Shown in pieces: positions 8,531-17,469 of a stretch of 64,000 nt of DNA. Position 1 is the stretch's first letter. Every line of letters begins with the position of its first letter. The translations under genes and the position numbers were made by a program. Under the pieces are notes generated by a model. It saw only the letters and a list, made by a program, of their open reading frames with translations, was not told the DNA's origin and searched no databases. Source of the DNA: Clostridiales bacterium (GTDB taxonomy: Bacteria; Bacillota; Clostridia; Monoglobales; WRBX01); the NCBI GenBank assembly GCA_031261985.1, contig JAISIR010000010.1, positions 26,049 through 90,048 of the forward strand. Direction: 5' to 3'.

Positions 8531-11500
8531 TTATAATTTATTAAAACGCGATATAATCGCCGCAACCTCTGCCCTTGTAGCTGGCTTTTTAGGGTTAAAG
8601 CTTTTATCTTCGTACCCCGTTATTACGCCTGCACTTTGCGCCCAAGCTATAGCATCACGCGCGTACGATGCAATTTCGCCACTATCGATAAATTCTGCAA
8701 CAATTGCCTTGGTGGCAGGACTATTTTTATATCTATATAATATTGTAGCTATTTCCTGTCGGCTTATGCTTCCATTAGGGTCAAAAGTGCCATCGTCGCG
8801 CCCACTGACTATTTTATTATTCGCCGCCCATTTAACCGCGTTAGTATACCAAACGTTCTGCTGGCAATCGTCAAAATAATCGTTGTATAATACATCTGGC
8901 TCGCCTGCTATGCGATAAAGCGTTGTAACGAACATTGCGCGGGTCATGTTATATTGCGGTACAAACATGCCATCTTCCATGCCCTGCATTATACCATTTT
9001 GATAAACATATCCAACCGAATCATAAAACCAATTACTCTTATTTACATCGGCAAAAGGCAAGGTCATATCTACAAGTTTAAATGTAGAAAAATGAGGCGT
9101 TCTAAAAACGAAGAACCCGCCTGGTGCTTTCTCGCCCGTGAAATACTCTTTGACACCACTATCGGAAGTGTACTCGACAGCAATTTCTTTCTCGGACATA
9201 TTAAATGGTATAGGCAACTTAACTTGTGCGTTGCCATTTAAATTATGCACAATAGTATCATCAAACTTTAATGTAATTTCAAAGGTGGTATCGTCTTTTT
9301 GTACAATAGACAATGTGACGTTTTTATTTTTAGCGGTTGTTAATACAGAATTATCTAGAATTACATCGCCATTTTCAAGCTTAACCTCAAATTTCTTGCC
9401 GCTTTCTGCTACCTTTTGCATAGTTGCCCCGCTAATTTCTACCTGGTTTATATTGGTCGCATCAGAAAAATCGAGTTCTATTACGTCATTTAAAGCTTTA
9501 GATATAATTTCGTCGGTCTTTTGATTATCGAGGTTAACTATAGCAACTTCCTCATTTTTTTGGTAAGGTATAGATACTTGGCCGTTGTTGGAAGTGGCTG
9601 TTTCTTGTTGATTATTTGTGTCGTTATTTGTATTTCCGCCGCCGCCACCGCCGCCACCGCCGCCAGTGTTTACGTTGTTGTTAGCGTTTGCGTTAGTGCC
9701 ATACTTTGTAATTAAATCGCGACGAGCCGCTTGAATCGTAGAGTATCCGCCATTGAATGAGCTTCCATTATAATAAGGCGTTAGGACGTTATCTAAATTA
9801 TCAGCAAAACCAGGGTCGGCAAAAGTAGCATTTTTGTCGGCTGTAACAGGTAGAATCATGTTATAGCTTGCTTTATTGGCGAACGGCTTACCACCATTGT
9901 AAAAATTATTTGCGTTAAACGTTAAGTTAGTAACCATTTCGGCAATGCCGCCAGATAGCAGCCCCATTGCGCCGCTATAATCTGCTAAACTATTACCTGT
10001 TATGGTAATGTTGTTTAAGCTAGGTATGGCACCCTCTTTAGAGAAGCGGATAAAGTAGCCAAAACTTTCTAGCCCTGCGTTGTGATTATCCCAACAATAC
10101 TGAACGTAACCATTAGAAACATTATTAGTAATTTGCACATTTTGTGTATTCTTTAAAGTTATATTCCCGCTCATTCTATTGTAATAATTACCGATATTGC
10201 TAATAGTTGAGCGTGTTTTGTTGTTTAAAAAGAAATTATTGGTAATTTCTACATCTTGAACCTCGTAGAAAGGCTTGTTATCCTCGCCTAGCAGGACATA
10301 GCTTTGGTCGGGCAGCCCCCACCAATTCATGAACACGTTGTTGCGTATTTTTGCATCATAACTAGGCTTAGCGCGGTCGTTGCTGTCTATATCCTCCGTC
10401 CAATTATTGCATATCCACACACCGTTTTCGTATCTGCCCTGGTTGTTAAATTGAGCGTCATCATAAACTTTATCGCCAGTGTAAGGACCAGACGATGACG
10501 ACTTAAACAGAATATATGGGCTGGTAGTATTTTGCTCGGCACGTTGGCTGGCTTTGTAATCGTTAAAGAAAATGCAGCCTTCTATTGTAGTATGATAAAC
10601 CGAGTTGGCGTCGATATGTTCGTCGCCGCCTGCGTTAGCGTTATAGAACACGCAATTGCGGATTATGGTATTAGACGATTTTTCGTTAAGCTTTAGGATA
10701 TCGTTGTTATAGCTATCGTGCAAAATGCAATTCTCTAGCGTTATATTTTTAGAAAGTTCTATTTGCGTTAAATAGCCTGTTTTCGTTACTCCTTTTGTGC
10801 CAGAGAACTCGATTCCGCTAATTATAATATTTTGCGACTTTGTAATGTACATTTGACGATTAGTAGATGTGTCTTGAACTTTTGCTTTATAAGGTTTTTC
10901 GGCAACTATTAATATAGGGTTTTGGAATCGCAAATTATTTATGTATCCAAAGGCGGGGTATGTTCCCTCTTTTAACACAACCTTAAAGCCACCCTCGGGG
11001 TTAGAAGCGTATAGCTCATTTAATTTATTAGATAAAACTTGCCCAGGCTCGATAGTAAATGTGTTGTTAGCTACAAAACTATCGGCTGCGTTGGCTATTT
11101 GCGAGTTAGTTAATTGCTTTGTAACAGGCGTTTTAGTTTTAGATGCAGGTGGCGTGTAATATCCATCGTTAGTAGTTGTGTCACTTGTATCGCTTGCATA
11201 AATTGCTTGGAATATTGTGTTGGCTGATATATTATCGGTAGAAACTAGCATATCGCTTCTGTCAATAGTTAAATTCTCTATATTAGGGTAATAGATTTTA
11301 TCCGTCCAGCCAATTATTTTATATTTGTCGGCATCGGCTTTAGACATAGGCCATGTGCCAAGTTTTTTACCAAGCGCAGCCGCAGAGGTTGCTGAAGAGC
11401 TTGCACCATTTGCCACTTTCTCTACTTTTATTAAACATCTATTATACGCCCTAAAAATTACGACGTGTTTGTTTATATCTTCGGCGCGTCTTGTTCCATA

Positions 11501-13090
11501 TTGCGATACATAGTTTTGACGCATATTCTGCAAATTAGACCATGCGCCTGCAGCGTTAGCAATTTGGGCAGGAGTGTCTACATCAGATAAATCGACTTGA
11601 AGCAGCGGGTCGTAAAACGTTGCGGTAGGCTCTATTTGAAACGGATAATCGCCTAAAGGATACGAAGAACCAAAATCGTTCACTTTTGCTCCGCCATTGT
11701 AATAATTGTTTTGGCTAACCGTCAAATTTGTTATGCCTGTTTTTGTTCCGCCTACAACCTGTCCCATTTGCATGGAGTAATCGCACAGCGAATTTTTGCG
11801 TATGGTAACGCCATCAATGCCATAGCCTTCGTCCGAAAGACGTGCAAAATAACCAAACCCTACGTTTGTATCGTTATATCCATGCCACGAATGCTGAATA
11901 AACCCGCTCTCGATATTTTTTTCGATTAAAGTATCTTGCGCACATTTTATAGTTATTGCGCCTGCTTGCCGATTAACGTAATTACCGTCACCTGCTTGAT
12001 ACTCGCGCGTTCTGTTATTTATAAATAGGTTGTTAGATATAGTGCTGTCGGTAACCTCGTAAAAAGGTTTATTATCCTCGCCTAACTGAATATAAGAGGC
12101 ATCGCTTCTACCCCAATAATTAAGGAATACATTCCTATCTATTGTAACATCATAGCTTGGTTTGGCGCGCGTTCCTAAGGTTAGGGTTGCGTTTATATCC
12201 TCCGTCCAGTTATCGCATGTCCATTTATCGCCTGTAAAATAGCCTTCCGCCTCTAGCTCCTCGGCTTTAATAGGCGACGAACTAGATGATTTAAATAGCA
12301 CATACGAAGATTGACTATTTTTCTCTTCCTGCCCAGATGCTACATAATCGTTAAAGAAAATGCAGCCTTCTATAGTTGTGTGATAGACGGAATTGGCGTC
12401 GATATGCTCATCGCCACCGTCGGGAGCGTTATAAAACACACAGTTGCGTATGGTGGTGTTTGCCGAACGCTCGTTAAGTTTTAAAATATCGTTGTTAAAA
12501 CTATCATGAAGTATGCAATTTTCTAAAGTTATATTATGAGATAACTCTATCTGCATTAAATAATCGCCACTTCTAACGCCTTTAGTGCCAGAGAACTCGA
12601 TACCATTAAACACCATATTTTTACACTTAGTTAAATACATTTGCCTATTGGTAGAGGTGTCTGCAACCCTAGCTTTATAAGGGTTCTCGGCAATTATCAA
12701 AACAGGGTTAGTAAATTGATAGTTAGGAATAAAGCCAAAAGATGGATATGTACCGTCTAGCAGCACAATTTTTACGTTGCCGCTAGTTGGGATTTTGGCT
12801 AAAGCACCGTTTATTCCGCCTGCGCTAACCAAGCTTTTCCATGGATTATCACGCGAGCCAGTATTATTGTTATCTCCATTAGGCGATAAATAGTAGGTGT
12901 TTACTGGATTAAAACTATCTGCAAAGTTAGGGATATCGTTATTAGGCAGCACGGTAGTAGCACCAACTGGTGCAGACTCGCCTACTTGCGCAATAGTATT
13001 TGGCACCGCATAACCGATATTAGGTGTAATTAAGGATATTAATAACATAATAGATATAACAGCGGATAGAAGCTTTTTCATAATAATCAC
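8531..13090 (-). CDS. SLH-anchored surface protein with two tandem right-handed beta-helix (pectate-lyase-fold) modules
   Basis: 1519 aa with a signal peptide. The block NRQMY.TK...GIEFSGTKGV....IELS.NITLENCILHDS.NNDILKLNE.S.NT.IRNCVFYNA..GGDEHIDANSVYHTTIEGCIFFNDY occurs twice. A poly-G linker and three SLH domains lie at the C-terminus. Confidence 0.9.
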   Translation of the reverse strand: MIIMKKLLSAVISIMLLISLITPNIGYAVPNTIAQVGESAPVGATTVLPNNDIPNFADSFNPVNTYYLSPNGDNNNTGSRDNPWKSLVSAGGINGALAKIPTSGNVKIVLLDGTYPSFGFIPNYQFTNPVLIIAENPYKARVADTSTNRQMYLTKCKNMVFNGIEFSGTKGVRSGDYLMQIELSHNITLENCILHDSFNNDILKLNERSANTTIRNCVFYNAPDGGDEHIDANSVYHTTIEGCIFFNDYVASGQEEKNSQSSYVLFKSSSSSPIKAEELEAEGYFTGDKWTCDNWTEDINATLTLGTRAKPSYDVTIDRNVFLNYWGRSDASYIQLGEDNKPFYEVTDSTISNNLFINNRTREYQAGDGNYVNRQAGAITIKCAQDTLIEKNIESGFIQHSWHGYNDTNVGFGYFARLSDEGYGIDGVTIRKNSLCDYSMQMGQVVGGTKTGITNLTVSQNNYYNGGAKVNDFGSSYPLGDYPFQIEPTATFYDPLLQVDLSDVDTPAQIANAAGAWSNLQNMRQNYVSQYGTRRAEDINKHVVIFRAYNRCLIKVEKVANGASSSATSAAALGKKLGTWPMSKADADKYKIIGWTDKIYYPNIENLTIDRSDMLVSTDNISANTIFQAIYASDTSDTTTNDGYYTPPASKTKTPVTKQLTNSQIANAADSFVANNTFTIEPGQVLSNKLNELYASNPEGGFKVVLKEGTYPAFGYINNLRFQNPILIVAEKPYKAKVQDTSTNRQMYITKSQNIIISGIEFSGTKGVTKTGYLTQIELSKNITLENCILHDSYNNDILKLNEKSSNTIIRNCVFYNANAGGDEHIDANSVYHTTIEGCIFFNDYKASQRAEQNTTSPYILFKSSSSGPYTGDKVYDDAQFNNQGRYENGVWICNNWTEDIDSNDRAKPSYDAKIRNNVFMNWWGLPDQSYVLLGEDNKPFYEVQDVEITNNFFLNNKTRSTISNIGNYYNRMSGNITLKNTQNVQITNNVSNGYVQYCWDNHNAGLESFGYFIRFSKEGAIPSLNNITITGNSLADYSGAMGLLSGGIAEMVTNLTFNANNFYNGGKPFANKASYNMILPVTADKNATFADPGFADNLDNVLTPYYNGSSFNGGYSTIQAARRDLITKYGTNANANNNVNTGGGGGGGGGGNTNNDTNNQQETATSNNGQVSIPYQKNEEVAIVNLDNQKTDEIISKALNDVIELDFSDATNINQVEISGATMQKVAESGKKFEVKLENGDVILDNSVLTTAKNKNVTLSIVQKDDTTFEITLKFDDTIVHNLNGNAQVKLPIPFNMSEKEIAVEYTSDSGVKEYFTGEKAPGGFFVFRTPHFSTFKLVDMTLPFADVNKSNWFYDSVGYVYQNGIMQGMEDGMFVPQYNMTRAMFVTTLYRIAGEPDVLYNDYFDDCQQNVWYTNAVKWAANNKIVSGRDDGTFDPNGSISRQEIATILYRYKNSPATKAIVAEFIDSGEIASYARDAIAWAQSAGVITGYEDKSFNPKKPATRAEVAAIISRFNKL

Positions 13091-13254
13091 CTCGTAGATT
13101 TGGCTTGTAATTTGCGTTGCTTGTAGATATATTCATTGTAGTATTTTTTAATGTAAAAGTCAATACCTTTACAGAATAATTTTTTGTTTGTAATAGTTAT
13201 CATGCGTGGTAAAAATTACCTTTAGTTGCAGCATAAATTTTTATCTAAAAACGA

Positions 13255-13283
13255 TTGACATTGGCTCTTAATTTTTGTATAAT
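13255..13283 (+). promoter_or_regulatory. sigma-A type promoter
   Basis: TTGACA (13255-13260), a 17-nt spacer, then TATAAT (13278-13283) preceded by TG. It lies 35 nt upstream of the 13318 start. Confidence 0.6.
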
Positions 13284-13317
13284 TAAAGTAATCGATTAAT
13301 TAAAAAGGAGTTAGATT

Positions 13318-16134
13318 ATGACTACAAACAAAAGAATAATATCGCTACTTATATGTTTGAGCATAATAACAAGTTTTGTACCCATGGCAAGGGCTGAGGC
13401 GGTTGAGGCTACTAATATTTACGTCGCAGCAGATGGGTCGGGCGATTTTACCACGGTAGAAGAGGCGATTGAGCATTTAAAACAGCTCGAGAGTAAGAAC
13501 GAAACTAAAAACTCACCAAAGAATATATATATTAAATCGGGTGATTATTTCCTTTCCGATAAAATTAGAGTCCCTGGTGGAAGTGGCGAGGGACAAGGAT
13601 TTACGTTTGAAGGCTATGGCAATGGCGAAGTTAATTTAATAGGTGGCGAAAAGCTAGATAAAGTCTTGGTTTCAAACGTTACAGATGGCTCTATATTAGA
13701 CAGAATTATCGATAGCAACGCACGCGATAAACTTTTGCAGATTGATGTTTCTAACTTAGGGATTGACTTTGGCGATTTAAAGAATGATGAATCGCAGCCT
13801 AAGCGCGAGATGCCGACTTTTTACATAGGCGAGACTCCGCTGTTGCCTGCAAGGTACCCTAACAAGATTGCGGGGAGCGAGTTTTTACACACCAAAGATG
13901 CCAAGGTTCTTGCTGACCCTGCAAAATCGAGTGCGCCTGGTTATTGGCCAGATTATATTGACCCTGTACAATTTTCGGTTAAAGAGGAATTAGAACGTTC
14001 TGACGAATGGACGGACGATACCTTTGAAAACGCTTACATTCAAGGTTTTTTCTGTGTCGATTACGAGTGCGAGATGATGAAGATTGCTGACTTTAACAAC
14101 GACACCAACACACTTACCACCACGGCGGGCTTTGAAAACCCAATTTACGATAACAAACGCTTTTACTTTTTAAATATGCTAGACGAGATAGATATGCCAG
14201 GCGAGAGCTATCTTGACGTCGATAGCCAAGTTTTGTATTTTATGCCGACAGATAATTTTAAGGCGGATGAAATTTATCTTTCTAACTTCAAGGGTGATAT
14301 GTTTACAATAGCCGACCAATCGTATGTAACAATTAGGAATATTAACTTTAAGTACTCGATAGGTAGAAGTCTTCAATTGCATAACGCGCATCATATAACT
14401 ATAGAAAATTGCACGTTTGCGCATACAGATTCTGACGCAATTGTTGTTAGTGCAAGGAATAGCGTTATACGCAATTGTGAAGTTTACGATACCAAAAGTG
14501 GCGGCATAGCTGTTTATGGGCATTATAATTTAATCGAGAATAATTTGATACACGATAACACCGCGCGAGGCACTAAAACTTATCAGAACTCGGTGTTATT
14601 AAACGGAAGCAATAATACGCTTAAAAACAATACTATCTACAACAACGCCCACCAAGTGATTGGCATTGGCGGAAGCAATATGGAAATTAGTTATAACGAA
14701 ATTTACAATGCCTGCCTAGAATCGGGCGACACGGGTGCGATTTATTATGGGCGCGACCCGTCTATCATGGGTATTAAGATTCACGATAATTACTTCCACG
14801 ATATTGGCAATGCCTACGTTACAAGCTATGGTCAGCAGTCGATTTTTTGCGATGATGGCTCGATTATGCCACATATTTACCATAATATTTTTGAAAACTC
14901 GGGCGGCGCGGCTATAAAGGCACATGGCGCGCAATTTGGATTAGTCGAGGACAATTTGTTTGTAAACGTTAACACCGCGGCGTATTTTCAATCGTGGGCG
15001 CAAAACAACAGCCAGCAGATTCAAAACCGTTGGTATGTTTGGGTGCATCAAAATTTGACGGATAATCAAAGTAGATATGATAAAGTTTTTGACCAGGCTG
15101 TTATGGAAGAGTACAAGGACTCTTATTTTAAAGCTTTTTGGGATTATGTTAAGGTTGAAGATTGGGATATGTTGACTGATGGCACGATAAACTCGGATGA
15201 AGATTTACAAAGGGTGGCTTTAGAGAAAGGTCCTGCGTACACCAATACTTTTAGGGATAACATTTTAGTCGACACTCGCTATGCTACGTCTGGCGGTAAT
15301 GGCACAGAAGAAAACACGATTGTTATGGATAAAAGCAAGATGAACGCGAACTTTAAGTTTAACAATGATGCTCTTTCAGAAATTCATGCGCAAAACCCAG
15401 ACTATACGAATTTCGATTTATCTAAAATTGGGTATATCGACCCGAACCCTCCTACTCCTCCGTCGTCTGGCGGTGGTGGTGGCGGTTCTCGTCCTGCGCC
15501 TATTTCCTCTCCTAGCCCTTCCCCTAGCCCAACGCCTGGTGCTAGCCCTGTTCCATCGCCCATACCCTTGCCCTCACCTCAGCCAAAGCCTATAACGTTT
15601 ACAGATACTTCTACCGATAATTGGTATTACAACGCGGTTAAATATGTTTTCGAGCGTAATCTAATGGTTGGCATGAGCGATACCGAGTTTGCACCCGATG
15701 TAAAGGTGACGCGCGGCATGATATCGACTATTCTTTGGCGGTTAGATGGTGAGCAACCCGTTTTGAACCAAGTGCCTTTTAAAGATGTAGCAAGCGATAA
15801 ATGGTACGCTAAAAGTATTACATGGATGAAGGATAACGCGATTTCGCTTGGGTATGAGGACGGCGAGTTTAGACCAGACAGGCAGATTACACGCGAGGAA
15901 ATGGCAACAATTATTGCAAGATATCTTGAGTTTAAAGGTGTTTTGGCGCAGGGCAACGCGGCGGGTTTTGCTGACGATTTCGATATATCTGCCTGGGCTA
16001 AAGATAGCACCGCACGACTTAAAACCCTTGGCATAATGGGTGGGCGCGGCGATAACGATTTTGACCCTAAGGCGCAAACATCGCGTGCCGAGACCGCGCA
16101 AATTTTGATGAATATTTTAGCAACCACTGACTAA
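13318..16134 (+). CDS. SLH-anchored right-handed beta-helix protein (probable polysaccharide-active enzyme)
   Basis: 938 aa with a signal peptide and beta-helix repeats (NCTFAH..., IRNCEVYD..., NNLIHDN...). It has a GGGGGG + PSPSPSP linker and three C-terminal SLH domains. It is a paralog of the 55255 gene (shared motif YFLN.LDEIDMPGESY). Confidence 0.9.
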   Translation: MTTNKRIISLLICLSIITSFVPMARAEAVEATNIYVAADGSGDFTTVEEAIEHLKQLESKNETKNSPKNIYIKSGDYFLSDKIRVPGGSGEGQGFTFEGYGNGEVNLIGGEKLDKVLVSNVTDGSILDRIIDSNARDKLLQIDVSNLGIDFGDLKNDESQPKREMPTFYIGETPLLPARYPNKIAGSEFLHTKDAKVLADPAKSSAPGYWPDYIDPVQFSVKEELERSDEWTDDTFENAYIQGFFCVDYECEMMKIADFNNDTNTLTTTAGFENPIYDNKRFYFLNMLDEIDMPGESYLDVDSQVLYFMPTDNFKADEIYLSNFKGDMFTIADQSYVTIRNINFKYSIGRSLQLHNAHHITIENCTFAHTDSDAIVVSARNSVIRNCEVYDTKSGGIAVYGHYNLIENNLIHDNTARGTKTYQNSVLLNGSNNTLKNNTIYNNAHQVIGIGGSNMEISYNEIYNACLESGDTGAIYYGRDPSIMGIKIHDNYFHDIGNAYVTSYGQQSIFCDDGSIMPHIYHNIFENSGGAAIKAHGAQFGLVEDNLFVNVNTAAYFQSWAQNNSQQIQNRWYVWVHQNLTDNQSRYDKVFDQAVMEEYKDSYFKAFWDYVKVEDWDMLTDGTINSDEDLQRVALEKGPAYTNTFRDNILVDTRYATSGGNGTEENTIVMDKSKMNANFKFNNDALSEIHAQNPDYTNFDLSKIGYIDPNPPTPPSSGGGGGGSRPAPISSPSPSPSPTPGASPVPSPIPLPSPQPKPITFTDTSTDNWYYNAVKYVFERNLMVGMSDTEFAPDVKVTRGMISTILWRLDGEQPVLNQVPFKDVASDKWYAKSITWMKDNAISLGYEDGEFRPDRQITREEMATIIARYLEFKGVLAQGNAAGFADDFDISAWAKDSTARLKTLGIMGGRGDNDFDPKAQTSRAETAQILMNILATTD

Positions 16135-16140
16135 CTATCA

Positions 16141-16270
16141 TTTGCTCTTTTTAGTTAAATTTCCCTTTTTGCTCATAACCTCACTGTGGCAGGCGTCAGC
16201 CTTGCCTTGCTCGGTTATTTCAAAAAGAAAAATTTATTCTAAAAATAGCTAAACGCTAGTTAATCAGTGG
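16141..16270. repeat. C-type intergenic repeat, copy 1
   Basis: About 130 bp similar to 27641-27770, sharing caggcg.cagccttgcctt.ctcg.tt ... ctaaacgc.agttaatcag. Confidence 0.7.
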
Positions 16271-16318
16271 TTACTATAGAACGTAGTTTAAAACGATGAG
16301 TAAATGAGGGAGCATACC

Positions 16319-16777
16319 ATGCAAAATTTTATGGATTTAGCAATAGAAAAAGCTGAAGAAAACGCAGCGGACGGGTTTAAAAAAGGCGGGCCGTTTGGCG
16401 TGGTTATCGTTAAAGATAACAAGGTAATTGCGGCGTGTCATAACTCGGTTATAAGTGATTGCGATGCGACGGCGCATGCAGAGATTAACGCGATTCGCGA
16501 GGCTGGCGCGGTTTTAGGTACGCATGATTTAACAGGCTGTGAGTTATGGACGTCGTGCATGCCATGCCCCATGTGCCTTTCTGCCATTATTTGGGCTAAT
16601 ATAAAAGTTGTGCATTATGCTAATACCTCGGAAGATGCTGATAAAATTGGATTCCGCGATAAAGCGATATATGAGTTTTTTGCAGGTAAATCTGCCCCGC
16701 TCGAGCTTATCCGCGAGGAAACGCCTGCTGCAATAAAAACTTTCGAGAAATTTATGGAGCATGGCGAGATTTATTAG
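16319..16777 (+). CDS. CMP/dCMP-type zinc deaminase (guanine deaminase / nucleoside deaminase-like)
   Basis: HAE ... PCPMC zinc-binding motifs. The ATG at 16319 follows RBS GAGGGA. Confidence 0.85.
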   Translation: MQNFMDLAIEKAEENAADGFKKGGPFGVVIVKDNKVIAACHNSVISDCDATAHAEINAIREAGAVLGTHDLTGCELWTSCMPCPMCLSAIIWANIKVVHYANTSEDADKIGFRDKAIYEFFAGKSAPLELIREETPAAIKTFEKFMEHGEIY

Positions 16778-16810
16778 AGCTCTATACGTTTTAGTTTTAT
16801 ATAATAATAA

Positions 16811-16842
16811 AAGGACGATTCTACTTGAATCGCCCTTTTTTT
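16811..16842. terminator. bidirectional intrinsic terminator
   Basis: AAAGGACGATTC-tact-TGAATCGCCCTTTTTTT lies between convergent genes. Confidence 0.65.
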
Positions 16843-16860
16843 AATGCGTTTTCACCCTTT

Positions 16861-17427
16861 TTATCTATGTCTAAAAAGAGATTTTTTCTTATTTATAATT
16901 TGCATAATTTTACGCTCGGCACGTTTATCGCTTTCGATTATTGACGCATTCCCGACTTTAGCATGTGATACTAAATAATCTTGAATCTCGCGTTGCATCA
17001 CAAAATGTTTGTGCAATGCCTTAGGATTATTCTCCCTCCAGCGATTAAAGTGTGTGTCTAAATCATCACATGTTAAAACAATTTTATGTAATTGCACATC
17101 TGGGAAATCGTTAGCATAAAACGCATTCGGCATAATATTGTTGCCCATAATAACGATATCTTGCGGTGCAAATTCTTCTATATATCTGTTAATCACATTT
17201 TTAAGCATGCCTTTCATTTTTTGTGATTCAGTTATAAAATTAGTTGAAGTGGTATCTTGAATAGAACCATCGAGATTTTTAAGTTGTGCCTTATCAAAAA
17301 TGACGGAATTTCTTGTCATAATATCCATGTCAATAGCCCTAGCAAAAGTTTTATGCGATTCGCAAATTTTTTCAGCGATTATTGTCTTTCCAACCCCAGA
17401 TGCTCCAGAGATTAATACTAATTTCAT
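16861..17427 (-). CDS. P-loop NTPase/kinase-like protein
   Basis: Walker A motif ISGASGVGKT at the N-terminus and RBS AGGTGG. It lies 42 nt downstream of the 702-aa gene and resembles the 2468 gene product in size and layout. Confidence 0.7.
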   Translation of the reverse strand: MKLVLISGASGVGKTIIAEKICESHKTFARAIDMDIMTRNSVIFDKAQLKNLDGSIQDTTSTNFITESQKMKGMLKNVINRYIEEFAPQDIVIMGNNIMPNAFYANDFPDVQLHKIVLTCDDLDTHFNRWRENNPKALHKHFVMQREIQDYLVSHAKVGNASIIESDKRAERKIMQIINKKKSLFRHR

Positions 17428-17469
17428 TAATTTTTTCCACCTATTCTATTCATTATAATTATATATTTT

